DNA of 64,000 nt from Escherichia coli (GCF_041248615.1 NZ_CP158426.1), one strand, 5' to 3'. Counted from the first letter of the stretch, positions 10,514 to 23,412 are shown. Numbers and translations are program-made. Notes: a model not told the origin generated them from the sequence alone.

Positions 10514-12076
10514 ATGAACTCGTTTTCACTTCTGACAACCCCGTGGTTGCCCGTTCGTTATAAAGACGGAACGACAGGCAAACTGGCGCCTGTCGATCTG
10601 GCGGATGAAAATGTTGTCGATATTGCTGCGCCACGGGCAGATCTCCAGGGAGCGGCATGGCAGTTTTTGCTGGGGCTACTACAAACCAGCTTTGCGCCAA
10701 AAGATCATCGTCGTTGGGATGATATCTGGGAAGACGGACTGGAATCTGAAAAGCTACGGGAAGCATTGCTGTCCTTAGAACACGCTTTCCAGTTTGGGCC
10801 AGATTCCCCTTCATTTATGCAGGATTTCGAGGCGCTCACAGGAGATAAAGTTCAGGTCGCTTCGCTACTGCCTGAGATTCCCGGCGCTCAAACAACGAAG
10901 TTTAATAAAGACCACTTTATCAAGCGTGGTGTAACGGAATACCTGTGCCCACATTGTTCTGCGTTAGCTCTGTTCTCCCTACAGTTAAATGCGCCGTCAG
11001 GTGGTAAAGGCTACCGCACCGGTTTACGCGGCGGTGGGCCGATGACCACTCTGATTGAATTACAGGAATATCAGGGCAATCAACAAACGCCCTTGTGGCG
11101 CAAACTGTGGCTCAATGTGATGCCGCAGGACGAAGCCGACTTACCGCTACCCAAAAAATTTGACGATCTGGTTTTCCCCTGGCTTGGCCCGACGCGTACC
11201 AGCGAACTGGCCGGTGCGGTGGTAACCGATGATCAGGTTAATAAACTCCAGGCGTACTGGGGAATGCCGCGGCGTATTCGTATTGATTTTAATACCACGA
11301 CAGTCGGCAACTGCGATATTTGCGGCGAGCAGAACGACGCGCTCCTGAGCCTGATGACGACCAAAAATTACGGCGCGAATTATGCCATGTGGCAGCATCC
11401 CTTAACGCCTTACCGTGTACCCCTTAAAGAGGGCGGCGAGTTTTACTCGGTCAAACCACAACCAGGCGGTTTAATCTGGCGCGACTGGTTAGGCCTTATC
11501 GAAACGGGTAAATCAGAAAACAATACGGAACTTCCCGCGCTGGTGGTGAAACTCTTTAATGCCAGCAGTCTCAAGCAGGCAAAAGTGGGCCTGTGGGGAT
11601 TTGGTTATGATTTTGACAACATGAAAGCGCGCTGTTGGTACGAACACCATTTTCCGCTGCTGCTCGATAAAAAAGAAGGCCAGATACCGAAGCTGCGGCT
11701 GGCTGCGCAAACGGCTTCACGGATTCTGAGTCTGTTACGGAGTGCATTGAAAGAAGCGTGGTTCTCCGATCCAAAAGGTGCACGGGGTGATTTCAGTTTT
11801 GTGGATATCGACTTCTGGAACAAAACTCAGCATCGCTTCCTGAGGTTAGTGCGCCACATTGAAGAAGGTCAGGATGCGGATGAATTACTCAGCAAATGGC
11901 AAAAGGAAATTTGGTTATTCGCGCGTCAGGATTTTGACGAGCGTGTCTTCACCAATCCATATGAGCCCGTTGATTTGAAACGCGTCATGACCGCGCGCAA
12001 GAAATATTTTACAACATCGGCGGAGAAGCAAAATGCTAAAGCCGCCAGGGAGAAAAAGCAGGAGGCTGCTGAATGA
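10514..12076 (+). CDS. casA: Cascade large subunit Cse1 (CasA/Cas8e)
   Basis: About 520 aa ORF first in the Cascade operon; ORF track starts at 10508 but the second ATG (10514) has better GAGAGG spacing. Confidence 0.8.
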   Translation: MNSFSLLTTPWLPVRYKDGTTGKLAPVDLADENVVDIAAPRADLQGAAWQFLLGLLQTSFAPKDHRRWDDIWEDGLESEKLREALLSLEHAFQFGPDSPSFMQDFEALTGDKVQVASLLPEIPGAQTTKFNKDHFIKRGVTEYLCPHCSALALFSLQLNAPSGGKGYRTGLRGGGPMTTLIELQEYQGNQQTPLWRKLWLNVMPQDEADLPLPKKFDDLVFPWLGPTRTSELAGAVVTDDQVNKLQAYWGMPRRIRIDFNTTTVGNCDICGEQNDALLSLMTTKNYGANYAMWQHPLTPYRVPLKEGGEFYSVKPQPGGLIWRDWLGLIETGKSENNTELPALVVKLFNASSLKQAKVGLWGFGYDFDNMKARCWYEHHFPLLLDKKEGQIPKLRLAAQTASRILSLLRSALKEAWFSDPKGARGDFSFVDIDFWNKTQHRFLRLVRHIEEGQDADELLSKWQKEIWLFARQDFDERVFTNPYEPVDLKRVMTARKKYFTTSAEKQNAKAAREKKQEAAE

Positions 12077-12609
12077 GTATTGTAAAAGAGGAGCACAAAG
12101 CCACGCTGCGTAAATGGCACGAAGAGTTGCAGGAAAAACGCGGCAATCGTGCCAGTCTGCGGCGTAGCACAACGGTTAATGATGTTTGTCTGTCAGAAGG
12201 GTTTCGTTCTCTGCTGATGCAGACCCACACTTTGTGGAAAATTGAAGCACAAGAGTGGCGTTTTACCGCACTGGCGCTGGTCGCCGCAGTTAGCGCCAAT
12301 GTTAAAGCTATTGATGAACGGCAGCCTTTTGCCGCGCAGCTGGCGGCGGTAATGTCGGAGGGGCGTTTTACTCGCCTGTCGGCAGTAAAAACGCCTGATG
12401 ATTTACTGCGTCAGTTACGTCGCGCGGTCAAATTATTAAATGGTTCCGTCAATCTTATCTCTTTGGCAGAAGATATTTTCCGCTGGTGCCAGGAGAGCGA
12501 CGACCTGCTCAATCATCACCGCCGCCAGCAGCGGCCAACAGAATTTATCCGTATCCGCTGGGCGCTGGAATATTACCAGGCTGGCGACGCCGATAACGAA
12601 CAAAATTAA
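12073..12609 (+). CDS. casB: Cascade small subunit Cse2 (CasB)
   Basis: 178 aa; overlaps casA stop by 4 nt; position and size fit Cse2. Confidence 0.8.
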   Translation: MSIVKEEHKATLRKWHEELQEKRGNRASLRRSTTVNDVCLSEGFRSLLMQTHTLWKIEAQEWRFTALALVAAVSANVKAIDERQPFAAQLAAVMSEGRFTRLSAVKTPDDLLRQLRRAVKLLNGSVNLISLAEDIFRWCQESDDLLNHHRRQQRPTEFIRIRWALEYYQAGDADNEQN

Positions 12610-12623
12610 TAAAGGACTATCTC

Positions 12624-13679
12624 ATGACGACATTTATTCAGCTTCATTTGTTAACCGCTTACCCTGCTGCCAACCTTAACCGTGATGACACCGGTGCGCC
12701 AAAAACTGTGGTACTGGGTGGAGCAACGCGTCTGCGCGTTTCCTCACAAAGTCTGAAACGTGCGTGGCGCACTTCTGCACTTTTTGAACAGGCACTGGCG
12801 GGCCATATTGGTATTCGCAGTGGGCGTATTGCGCGTGAGGCGGCAACTATCCTGATTGAGAAAGGCATCGAAGAGAAAAAAGCCATCGAATGGGCGGCAA
12901 AAATTGCGGATTATCTTGGGAAAGCTAAAAACGACAAAAAACCAAAAGATCCGCTCACTAACGCCGAAACTGAACAGCTAGTCCATATCAGCCCGGCAGA
13001 ATTTGACGCCGTAAAAGCGCTGGCCCATCAACTGGCCGAAGAAAAGCGCGCGCCAAAAGAGGAAGATCTCGCTTTGTTACGTAAAGATCGCATGGCGGTA
13101 GATATCGCTATGTTTGGTCGTATGCTGGCGAATAAACCCGAATTTAATGTTGAAGCCGCCTGCCAGGTCGCGCATGCATTTGGTGTCAGTGAAACGATTG
13201 TCGAAGATGATTTTTTCACCGCCGTTGATGATTTGCGCCAGGCTTCTGAAGATGCCGGTGCCGGGCATCTTGGTGAAACCGGATTCGGTTCTGCGCTGTT
13301 CTACACCTATATCTGCATCGATAAAGATCTGCTGGTCGAAAACCTCGGCGGTGACGAAGCGTTAGCTAATCAGACCTTGCGCGCCTTTACGGAAGCCGCA
13401 CTTAAAGTCTCCCCAACCGGCAAACAGAACAGCTTTGCCAGCCGTGCCTACGCCTCCTGGGCGCTGGCAGAAAAAGGCACTGAACAACCACGCTCTCTGG
13501 CGGCGGCTTTCTATGAACCCATTAATGGCACCCGGCAGTTAGATGTGGCGGTGCAGCGTATTACAACGCTTCGCGAAAATATGAATACGGTCTATGAACA
13601 GAAGACCGAATGCGCAAGCTTTGACGTGATGAACAAACAGGGAAGCATGAAGGACGTGCTGGACTTTATCTGCGCGTAA
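12624..13679 (+). CDS. casC: Cascade backbone subunit Cas7e (CasC)
   Basis: 351 aa; N-terminus MTTFIQLHLLTAYPAANLNRDDTGAPK resembles the Cas7e N-terminus. Confidence 0.85.
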   Translation: MTTFIQLHLLTAYPAANLNRDDTGAPKTVVLGGATRLRVSSQSLKRAWRTSALFEQALAGHIGIRSGRIAREAATILIEKGIEEKKAIEWAAKIADYLGKAKNDKKPKDPLTNAETEQLVHISPAEFDAVKALAHQLAEEKRAPKEEDLALLRKDRMAVDIAMFGRMLANKPEFNVEAACQVAHAFGVSETIVEDDFFTAVDDLRQASEDAGAGHLGETGFGSALFYTYICIDKDLLVENLGGDEALANQTLRAFTEAALKVSPTGKQNSFASRAYASWALAEKGTEQPRSLAAAFYEPINGTRQLDVAVQRITTLRENMNTVYEQKTECASFDVMNKQGSMKDVLDFICA

Positions 13680-13689
13680 GGGGCGGCTA

Positions 13690-14436
13690 ATGAGCCAATA
13701 TTTGATTTTTCAGCTTCATGGGCCAATGGCATCCTGGGGCGTCGATGCCCCCGGCGAAGTGCGTCATACCCATGAACTGCCTTCGCGCTCAGCATTGCTG
13801 GGGCTGCTGGCTGCCGGGGTAGGGATTCGGCGTGATGATACCGAACGATTAAACGCGTTTAACCGCCACTATTCACTGGTGGTTTGCGCCAGCCGTAACC
13901 CGCGCTGGGCACGGGATTATCACACGGTCCAGATGCCAAAAGAGGTGCGTAAAGCGCGTTATTTCAGCCGTCGCGAAGAGTTGAGCGCCCCTGATCTTCT
14001 GAGCGCGATTATCTCCCGGCGCGACTACTACACCGATGCCTGGTGGATGGTGGCGGTGGCAACAACCCCCGATGCGCCTTACAGGCTTGAACAGTTGCAG
14101 GACGGTTTACGTCATCCGGTTTTTCCGCTTTATCTGGGGCGAAAAAGTCATCCGCTGGCGTTACCACTTGCGCCGTTACTGCTCGAAGGCAACGCGTCTG
14201 ATGTCTTACGTAACGCATACCAACAGTATCAGGATAGTTTCCGCGAACTGAAAGTCTCACTCCCGAAACTTCAGGATGAATGCTGGTGGGAAGGGGAACA
14301 CGACGGCCTGGTCGCGAGCAAAATATTACGTCGCCGGGATGTTCCTTTAAATCGTCAGCAGTGGCTGTTTGGGGAACGCACCATCAATCAGGGGCCGTGG
14401 CTCAGCAAGGAGGAACCATGTACCTCTCAAGAATAA
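13690..14436 (+). CDS. casD: Cascade subunit Cas5e (CasD)
   Basis: 248 aa; N-terminus MSQYLIFQLHGPMASWG parallels K-12 CasD MRSYLILRLAGPMQAWG. Confidence 0.85.
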   Translation: MSQYLIFQLHGPMASWGVDAPGEVRHTHELPSRSALLGLLAAGVGIRRDDTERLNAFNRHYSLVVCASRNPRWARDYHTVQMPKEVRKARYFSRREELSAPDLLSAIISRRDYYTDAWWMVAVATTPDAPYRLEQLQDGLRHPVFPLYLGRKSHPLALPLAPLLLEGNASDVLRNAYQQYQDSFRELKVSLPKLQDECWWEGEHDGLVASKILRRRDVPLNRQQWLFGERTINQGPWLSKEEPCTSQE

Positions 14437-15064
14437 CCTTACATACCGGCCAGCTTTCGCCTGCGCAGTTGCTGCATCTGGTGGATCGCGGTGAATATGT
14501 AATGCATCAGTGGCTGTGGGATCTTTTTCCTGGCGGCAAAGAAAGGCAATTTCTTTATCGTCGGGAAGAACTCCAGGGGGCGTTTCGCTTTTTTGTCCTG
14601 TCGCAGGAACGCCCGGCGGAAAGTGATATTTTCACCATCGAATGCCGACCATTTGCGCCAGAGTTGCGTACCGGACAATCCCTTTGTTTCAACCTGCGGG
14701 CGAATCCAACAATTTGTAAAGCGGGCAAACGCCACGACTTGCTGATGGAGGCGAAACGGCAGGTGAGGGGGCAGGTGGAAGGAAGTGATGTCTGGTTGCA
14801 TCAACAACAGGCGGCGCTGGACTGGCTGGCAGCGCAGGGGGAAAGAAGCGGTTTTACACTACTGGATACCTCGGTCGATGCCTACCGACAACAGCAACTG
14901 CGGCGGGAAAACTCCCGGCAACTGATCCAGTTCAGTAGCGTGGATTATACGGGGATGCTTACGGTCACCGATCCTGGGTTATTTCTGCAACGTCTGAGCC
15001 AGGGGTATGGCAAAAGCCGCGCGTTCGGCTGTGGTCTGATGCTGATCAAACCCGGAGCAGAGGC

Positions 15065-15068
<4 letters not shown>
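14418..15068 (+). CDS. casE: Cas6e (CasE) pre-crRNA endoribonuclease
   Basis: ORF 14280..15068 over-extended; start placed at MYLSRITLHTGQ (14418) with AGGAGG RBS at 14409-14414; 216 aa. Confidence 0.85.
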
Positions 15069-16278
<1,210 letters not shown>

Positions 16279-16374
16279 GTTATCTGTTCTTTAAAAATAA
16301 GGAAATGTTTTAATTTAGTTGGTAGATTGTTGATGCGGAATAAATTTTTTTAAAAACAGTTATGTATGCTTAGT
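16279..16374 (+). promoter_or_regulatory. CRISPR leader
   Basis: AT-rich 96 bp between cas2 stop and first repeat; leader-proximal end of the array. Confidence 0.55.
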
Positions 16375-17074
16375 GTGTTCCCCGCGTCAGCGGGGATAAA
16401 CCGGACTCAGTTTTTCCCTGCTGACCCTCCGAAGGGTGTTCCCCGCGTCAGCGGGGATAAACCGCCATGCCGCGCCAGCTCTGCGAAACAGCCCGCGTGT
16501 TCCCCGCGTCAGCGGGGATAAACCGATCCAAAGATAGTCGCCCCGATTGCCAAATTGGTGTTCCCCGCGTCAGCGGGGATAAACCGACGGTATTGTTCAG
16601 ATCCTGGCTTGCCAACAGGTGTTCCCCGCGTCAGCGGGGATAAACCGGCGGCACTAACGTGATAATCACGATCAATTATGTGTTCCCCGCGTCAGCGGGG
16701 ATAAACCGTGACGGTCCGAAAAAAGTTGGCTGAAGAAATTGTGTTCCCCGCGTCAGCGGGGATAAACCGGTTATTGCGTTTTCCTCACCTGCGGCGAGTC
16801 CGTGTTCCCCGCGTCAGCGGGGATAAACCGCATTCCGTGCAGCGGTCTGAATAATTGCCGCGGTGTTCCCCGCGTCAGCGGGGATAAATCGAGTAACGAC
16901 GAAAAAATACAGGCACGGGCCAGGTGTTCCCCGCGTCAGCGGGGATAAACCGATCCCCGCAGGTATCGCGCAGCTATCGATCGAGTGTTCCCCGCGTCAG
17001 CGGGGATAAACCGGACGCACTGGATGCGATGATGGACATCACTTGGAGTTCCCCGCCCCTGCGGTAGAACTCCC
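16375..17074 (+). CRISPR. type I-E CRISPR array: 12 repeats (29 nt), 11 spacers (all 32 nt), 61-nt period
   Basis: Repeat GTGTTCCCCGCGTCAGCGGGGATAAACCG starting at 16375, 16436, 16497, 16558, 16619, 16680, 16741, 16802, 16863, 16924, 16985; repeat 9 has C->T at 16889; degenerate terminal repeat GAGTTCCCCGCCCCTGCGGTAGAACTCCC at 17046-17074. Confidence 0.97.
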
Positions 17075-17094
17075 AGCTCTCATTTTCAAACCCA

Positions 17095-18132
17095 TCAAGA
17101 CGCCTTCGCCAGCTCCTTCACCAGCGGTAGCATTATCCGCATAACATCACGGCAGCGACGTTCTATTCTTCCAGGAAGTGCCTTATCAATATGTTGTTGA
17201 TTATCCAGTCTTACGTCATGCCAGCTATTTCCCGCAGGGAATGCAGCTGTTTTTGCGCGTTGCTGATAACCATCCTTATTCCCAAGATTCCAATTTGTTG
17301 CTTCTACCGAAAGTACGGCAATACCGGCTTTGTCGAAAACTTCGGCATCATTACAACAGCCAGTACCCTTCGGATAATTTTTATTCAAACCCGGATTGGT
17401 CGTTGCGGCAATTCCATGACTACGCGCAATTGCCAGCGCCCTGTCGCGCGTTAATTTCCTTACTGCTTCAGGGGTTTTTACACCGCTGTTGAAATACAAT
17501 TTATCGCCAACAATTAAGTTATCGAGATTAATCACCAGCAGCGTATTTTTCTTTTCGGTGTCACTCATCCGCTTGAGTAAATTCTCAGCGCCTAATTTCC
17601 CTTCCTCTTCGCCGCTGGTCGCCACAAATCGAATACCATACTCGGTAGGCGTATTTTTCAGGCGTTCTGCCAGTTCCAGCATGACACCTAAACCTGCAGC
17701 GTTATCATCCATTCCTTGTAACGTCAGTCCGCCGAGATTGGCATCGGCGTCAGCATCGCTCAGCGGGGCGTAAGTATCCAGATGCGCCATAATGATGATC
17801 TGCTGCGGCGCTTTGCCTTCATGAGCGGCAATCACCGTACTTCCCGTCACGTTATGCCAGCTCTTGCGATTATCGCGGGCGGTATAAATATACCGACTAT
17901 TAAATGTCCGAATATCACTGCGATAACCCATTTGCTGAAACTGTTGGCGAATATAATCGGCAGATAACATTTCTGCAGGAGTTCCGGTCATGCGTCCCGG
18001 AAAGAAAGTAGCAATATGTCGTGCCTGAGTATTAGCAAAATCGCCAGGTTTAGCTGACGAGGCGTGTACGGGGAGAATAAAGCATACGCCGAGCGCCAGG
18101 GCAGCGGTACGGTGGCGCAATGCGGAAAACAT
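17095..18132 (-). CDS. iap: alkaline phosphatase isozyme conversion aminopeptidase
   Basis: 345 aa with signal peptide and M28-peptidase-like core; convergent with CRISPR array. Confidence 0.85.
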   Translation of the reverse strand: MFSALRHRTAALALGVCFILPVHASSAKPGDFANTQARHIATFFPGRMTGTPAEMLSADYIRQQFQQMGYRSDIRTFNSRYIYTARDNRKSWHNVTGSTVIAAHEGKAPQQIIIMAHLDTYAPLSDADADANLGGLTLQGMDDNAAGLGVMLELAERLKNTPTEYGIRFVATSGEEEGKLGAENLLKRMSDTEKKNTLLVINLDNLIVGDKLYFNSGVKTPEAVRKLTRDRALAIARSHGIAATTNPGLNKNYPKGTGCCNDAEVFDKAGIAVLSVEATNWNLGNKDGYQQRAKTAAFPAGNSWHDVRLDNQQHIDKALPGRIERRCRDVMRIMLPLVKELAKAS

Positions 18133-18383
18133 AGTGAGTCCTTAAATACCATGCAAATTTTTTTACCGCCATAGTATGAAACTGCCGATGCGCTAAAACA
18201 ATTTCAAATCTTCCTAAACGCCCGAAATCCGGTGCCTTAAGCACTTTTTGATATTAGCTTTGCCAAATCGTTATTCCGTTAAGGAACTACTCATTCTAAT
18301 TGGTAATTTCATTCGTTCTCTTACGCTCCCTATAGTCGAAACATCTGATGGCAAGAAAATAGCGGTATTGCAAAGGAACGGTT

Positions 18384-19292
18384 ATGGATCAAAAACGACT
18401 TACTCACCTGCGGCAACTGGAGGCGGAAAGCATCCACATTATTCGCGAGGTGGCGGCAGAATTCTCAAATCCGGTGATGCTCTACTCTATCGGTAAAGAT
18501 TCCAGCGTCATGCTGCATCTGGCGCGCAAGGCGTTTTATCCAGGTACGCTGCCTTTCCCGTTGCTGCATGTCGATACCGGCTGGAAATTCCGCGAGATGT
18601 ATGAGTTCCGCGATCGTACGGCTAAAGCCTACGGCTGCGAGCTGCTGGTGCATAAAAACCCGGAAGGCGTGGCGATGGGGATTAATCCATTCGTTCATGG
18701 CAGCGCGAAACATACCGATATTATGAAAACTGAAGGCCTGAAACAGGCGCTGAATAAATACGGTTTTGATGCCGCCTTCGGTGGTGCACGCCGCGACGAA
18801 GAGAAATCCCGTGCTAAAGAGCGAATCTACTCTTTCCGTGACCGCTTCCATCGCTGGGATCCGAAAAATCAGCGCCCGGAGCTGTGGCACAACTACAACG
18901 GGCAAATTAACAAAGGCGAAAGCATTCGCGTCTTCCCGCTCTCTAACTGGACCGAGCAGGATATCTGGCAATACATCTGGCTGGAAAATATCGACATTGT
19001 GCCGCTGTATCTCGCTGCGGAACGACCGGTTCTGGAACGCGACGGTATGTTGATGATGATTGATGACAACCGTATCGACCTGCAACCGGGAGAAGTGATT
19101 AAAAAACGGATGGTGCGTTTCCGTACGCTGGGCTGCTGGCCGCTGACCGGTGCGGTGGAGTCAAATGCACAAACACTGCCGGAAATCATCGAAGAGATGC
19201 TGGTTTCCACCACCAGTGAACGTCAGGGTCGCGTGATTGACCGCGACCAGGCGGGATCCATGGAGTTGAAAAAACGTCAGGGGTATTTTTAA
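18384..19292 (+). CDS. cysD: sulfate adenylyltransferase subunit 2
   Basis: 302 aa; PAPS-reductase-like fold; followed by cysN. Confidence 0.95.
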   Translation: MDQKRLTHLRQLEAESIHIIREVAAEFSNPVMLYSIGKDSSVMLHLARKAFYPGTLPFPLLHVDTGWKFREMYEFRDRTAKAYGCELLVHKNPEGVAMGINPFVHGSAKHTDIMKTEGLKQALNKYGFDAAFGGARRDEEKSRAKERIYSFRDRFHRWDPKNQRPELWHNYNGQINKGESIRVFPLSNWTEQDIWQYIWLENIDIVPLYLAAERPVLERDGMLMMIDDNRIDLQPGEVIKKRMVRFRTLGCWPLTGAVESNAQTLPEIIEEMLVSTTSERQGRVIDRDQAGSMELKKRQGYF

Positions 19293-19293
19293 G

Positions 19294-20721
19294 ATGAACA
19301 CCGCACTTGCACAACAAATCGCCAATGAAGGCGGCGTCGAAGCCTGGATGATTGCGCAACAACATAAAAGCCTGCTGCGTTTTCTGACCTGTGGTAGCGT
19401 CGATGACGGCAAAAGTACCCTGATTGGTCGTCTGCTGCACGATACCCGCCAAATCTACGAAGATCAGCTCTCATCGCTGCATAACGACAGTAAGCGTCAC
19501 GGCACCCAGGGCGAAAAGCTGGATCTGGCTCTGCTGGTGGACGGCCTGCAAGCTGAGCGCGAACAGGGCATCACCATTGACGTGGCTTACCGTTATTTCT
19601 CTACCGAGAAGCGTAAATTTATTATCGCCGATACCCCAGGGCACGAGCAGTACACTCGCAATATGGCGACTGGCGCATCGACATGTGAACTGGCGATCTT
19701 ACTGATCGATGCCCGTAAAGGCGTGCTCGATCAAACCCGTCGTCACAGTTTTATCTCCACACTGTTGGGGATCAAACATCTGGTCGTGGCGATCAACAAA
19801 ATGGATCTGGTGGGTTACAGTGAAGAGACGTTCACCCGTATTCGCGAAGATTATCTGACGTTTGCCGGGCAGCTGCCGGGTAATCTGGATATCCGCTTTG
19901 TGCCGCTCTCTGCACTGGAAGGCGACAACGTGGCTTCGCAAAGTGAAAGTATGCCGTGGTACAGCGGTCCGACACTGCTCGAAGTGCTGGAAACCGTGGA
20001 GATCCAGCGAGTGGTGGATGCCCAGCCAATGCGCTTCCCGGTGCAGTACGTTAATCGCCCGAATCTCGATTTTCGTGGCTACGCCGGAACGCTGGCATCC
20101 GGTCGAGTGGAAGTCGGGCAACGTGTCAAAGTGCTGCCCTCTGGTGTGGAATCAAACGTCGCGCGGATCGTGACTTTTGATGGCGATCGCGAAGAAGCCT
20201 TTGCCGGAGAAGCGATCACCCTAGTGCTGACGGATGAGATCGACATCAGCCGTGGCGATCTGCTGCTGGCGGCAGACGAAGCGTTACCGGCTGTGCAGAG
20301 CGCGTCGGTGGATGTGGTATGGATGGCGGAACAGCCGCTTTCCCCAGGCCAGAGTTACGACATCAAAATTGCCGGTAAGAAGACACGTGCTCGTGTTGAT
20401 GGCATTCGTTATCAGGTTGATATTAATAACCTTACCCAACGCGAAGTTGAAAACCTGCCGCTGAACGGCATCGGGCTGGTGGATCTCACTTTTGACGAGC
20501 CACTGGTGTTAGATCGTTATCAGCAAAATCCGGTTACCGGTGGGCTGATTTTTATCGATCGCCTGAGCAATGTGACCGTGGGTGCCGGTATGGTGCACGA
20601 GCCAGTTAGCCTGGCAACTGCTGCGCCATCTGAATTCAGTGCATTCGAACTGGAATTGAATGCCCTGGTTCGTCGCCACTTTCCGCACTGGGGCGCGCGC
20701 GATTTGTTGGGGGATAAATAA
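19294..20721 (+). CDS. cysN: sulfate adenylyltransferase subunit 1 (GTPase)
   Basis: 475 aa; GTP-binding motifs [18 protein letters not shown]. Confidence 0.95.
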
Positions 20722-21326
20722 TGGCGCTGCATGACGAAAACGTCGTCTGGCATAGCCATCCGGTCACTGTGCAACAACGCGAGCTACACCACGGTCATCG
20801 TGGTGTAGTGCTGTGGTTTACCGGCCTCTCCGGGTCCGGTAAATCAACGGTCGCCGGGGCGCTGGAGGAGGCGTTACATAAACTCGGCGTCAGTACGTAT
20901 CTGCTGGATGGCGACAATGTTCGCCACGGATTATGCAGCGATCTCGGTTTTAGCGATGCCGATCGTAAAGAGAATATCCGTCGCGTCGGTGAAGTGGCGA
21001 ATTTGATGGTTGAAGCCGGACTGGTGGTGCTGACCGCATTCATCTCGCCACACCGCGCCGAACGCCAGATGGTTCGTGAACGCGTAGGAGAAGGGCGCTT
21101 TATCGAAGTGTTTGTCGATACGCCGCTGGCGATTTGCGAAGCCCGCGATCCAAAAGGCTTATATAAGAAAGCGCGTGCCGGTGAACTGCGCAACTTTACG
21201 GGAATAGATTCCGTTTACGAAGCGCCTGAATCGGCAGAAATTCATCTCAATGGTGAACAATTAGTAACAAATTTGGTACAGCAATTATTAGATCTGTTGA
21301 GACAGAACGATATTATCAGATCCTGA
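20721..21326 (+). CDS. cysC: adenylylsulfate (APS) kinase
   Basis: 201 aa; P-loop GLSGSGKST. Confidence 0.95.
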
Positions 21327-21375
21327 GACACCACCGGGTTTCCATGCCCGGTTCGTCAAAGTAACAGGATCAAAT

Positions 21376-21699
21376 ATGCGTAATAGCCATAACATTACAC
21401 TAACAAATAACGACAGCCTTACTGAGGATGAAGAAACCACATGGTCACTGCCTGGTGCTGTGGTCGGTTTTATCTCCTGGTTATTTGCGCTGGCGATGCC
21501 GATGTTGATTTATGGCTCTAACACGCTGTTTTTCTTTATCTACACCTGGCCTTTCTTTCTGGCACTGATGCCTGTCGCGGTAGTGGTGGGGATTGCGCTG
21601 CATTCATTGATGGACGGAAAGCTACGCTACAGTATTGTTTTCACCCTGGTGACAGTAGGCATTATGTTTGGCGCACTGTTTATGTGGCTACTGGGCTAA
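21376..21699 (+). CDS. ygbE: small inner-membrane protein (DUF3561 family)
   Basis: 107 aa with hydrophobic segments; position between cysC and ftsB. Confidence 0.8.
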   Translation: MRNSHNITLTNNDSLTEDEETTWSLPGAVVGFISWLFALAMPMLIYGSNTLFFFIYTWPFFLALMPVAVVVGIALHSLMDGKLRYSIVFTLVTVGIMFGALFMWLLG

Positions 21700-21892
21700 T
21701 TTGTACTTTCTTGTCTCCTCTGTTCATAATTCAAACCGTAACTAATAATGAGATTATGTTCTGCACGCCCTGGGTATACGTAACAATGGACAAATGTGGT
21801 ACATTTGCCCGCGTTGTCGCGGTATCCCCAACAGAGGATGTAGAGTCGTCTTCGGATGCATGGGATGATGATGCCGTTTTTCAGGGGGCAGG

Positions 21893-22204
21893 ATGGGTAA
21901 ACTAACGCTGCTGTTGCTGGCTATTCTGGTCTGGCTACAGTATTCGCTGTGGTTCGGTAAGAACGGTATACATGACTATACCCGCGTCAATGATGATGTG
22001 GCGGCACAGCAAGCTACAAACGCGAAACTTAAAGCGCGAAACGATCAACTTTTTGCCGAAATTGACGATCTCAATGGCGGCCAGGAGGCGCTCGAAGAGC
22101 GTGCGCGTAATGAACTCAGCATGACCAGGCCGGGCGAAACTTTTTATCGTCTGGTGCCTGACGCGTCGAAGCGCGCACAGTCTGCGGGGCAAAACAATCG
22201 ATAA
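21893..22204 (+). CDS. ftsB: cell division protein FtsB
   Basis: 103 aa; N-terminal TM segment plus coiled coil. Confidence 0.9.
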
Positions 22205-22222
22205 ATCAGCCCGGGAATTAAC

Positions 22223-22933
22223 ATGGCAACCACTCATTTGGATGTTTGCGCCGTGGTTCCGGCGGCCGGATTTGGCCGTCGAATGCAAACGGAATGTCCT
22301 AAGCAATATCTCTCAATCGGTAATCAAACCATTCTTGAACACTCGGTGCATGCGCTGCTGGCGCATCCCCGGGTGAAACGTGTCGTCATTGCCATAAGTC
22401 CTGGCGATAGCCGTTTTGCACAACTTCCTCTGGCGAATCATCCGCAAATCACCGTTGTAGATGGCGGTGATGAGCGTGCCGATTCGGTGCTGGCAGGTCT
22501 GAAAGCCGCTGGCGACGCGCAGTGGGTATTGGTGCATGACGCCGCTCGTCCTTGTCTGCATCAGGATGACCTCGCGCGATTGTTGGCGTTGAGCGAAACC
22601 AGCCGCACGGGGGGGATCCTCGCCGCACCAGTGCGCGATACGATGAAACGTGCCGAACCGGGCAAAAATGCCATTGCTCATACCGTTGATCGCAACGGCT
22701 TATGGCACGCGCTGACGCCGCAATTTTTCCCTCGCGAGCTGTTACATGACTGCCTGACGCGCGCTCTAAATGAAGGCGCTACCATTACCGACGAAGCCTC
22801 GGCGCTGGAATATTGCGGATTCCATCCGCAGTTGGTCGAAGGCCGCGCGGATAACATTAAAGTCACGCGACCGGAAGATTTGGCACTGGCCGAGTTTTAC
22901 CTCACCCGAACCATCCATCAGGAGAATACATAA
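22223..22933 (+). CDS. ispD: 2-C-methyl-D-erythritol 4-phosphate cytidylyltransferase
   Basis: 236 aa; N-terminal [11 protein letters not shown] motif; ispDF operon. Confidence 0.93.
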
Positions 22934-23412
22934 TGCGAATTGGACACGGTTTTGACGTACACGCCTTTGGCGGTGAAGGCCCAATTATCATTGGTGGCGT
23001 ACGCATTCCTTACGAAAAAGGATTGCTGGCGCATTCTGATGGCGACGTGGCGCTCCATGCGTTGACCGATGCATTGCTTGGCGCGGCGGCGCTGGGGGAT
23101 ATCGGCAAACTGTTCCCGGATACCGATCCGGCATTTAAAGGTGCCGATAGCCGCGAGCTGCTACGCGAAGCCTGGCGTCGTATTCAGGCGAAGGGTTATA
23201 CCCTTGGCAACGTCGATGTCACTATCATCGCTCAGGCACCGAAGATGTTGCCGCACATTCCACAAATGCGCGTGTTTATTGCCGAAGATCTCGGCTGCCA
23301 TATGGATGATGTTAACGTGAAAGCCACTACTACGGAAAAACTTGGATTTACCGGACGTGGGGAAGGGATTGCCTGTGAAGCGGTGGCGCTACTCATTAAG
23401 GCAACAAAATGA
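22933..23412 (+). CDS. ispF: 2-C-methyl-D-erythritol 2,4-cyclodiphosphate synthase
   Basis: 159 aa; [12 protein letters not shown]...SDGDV motif. Confidence 0.93.

Noticed and set aside
16404-17045. Looked for spacers matching sequence elsewhere in this window (self-targeting)
   Set aside because: No match was evident on visual inspection, but I cannot do an exhaustive search by eye; left as a check to run rather than a claim.
18248-18496. 82-aa plus-strand ORF upstream of and overlapping cysD
   Set aside because: Out of frame with cysD and within its promoter/leader; no RBS.
21684-21905. 73-aa plus-strand ORF between ygbE and ftsB
   Set aside because: Overlaps the ygbE stop and ftsB start in another frame; no RBS; region is better explained as the ftsB promoter/leader.
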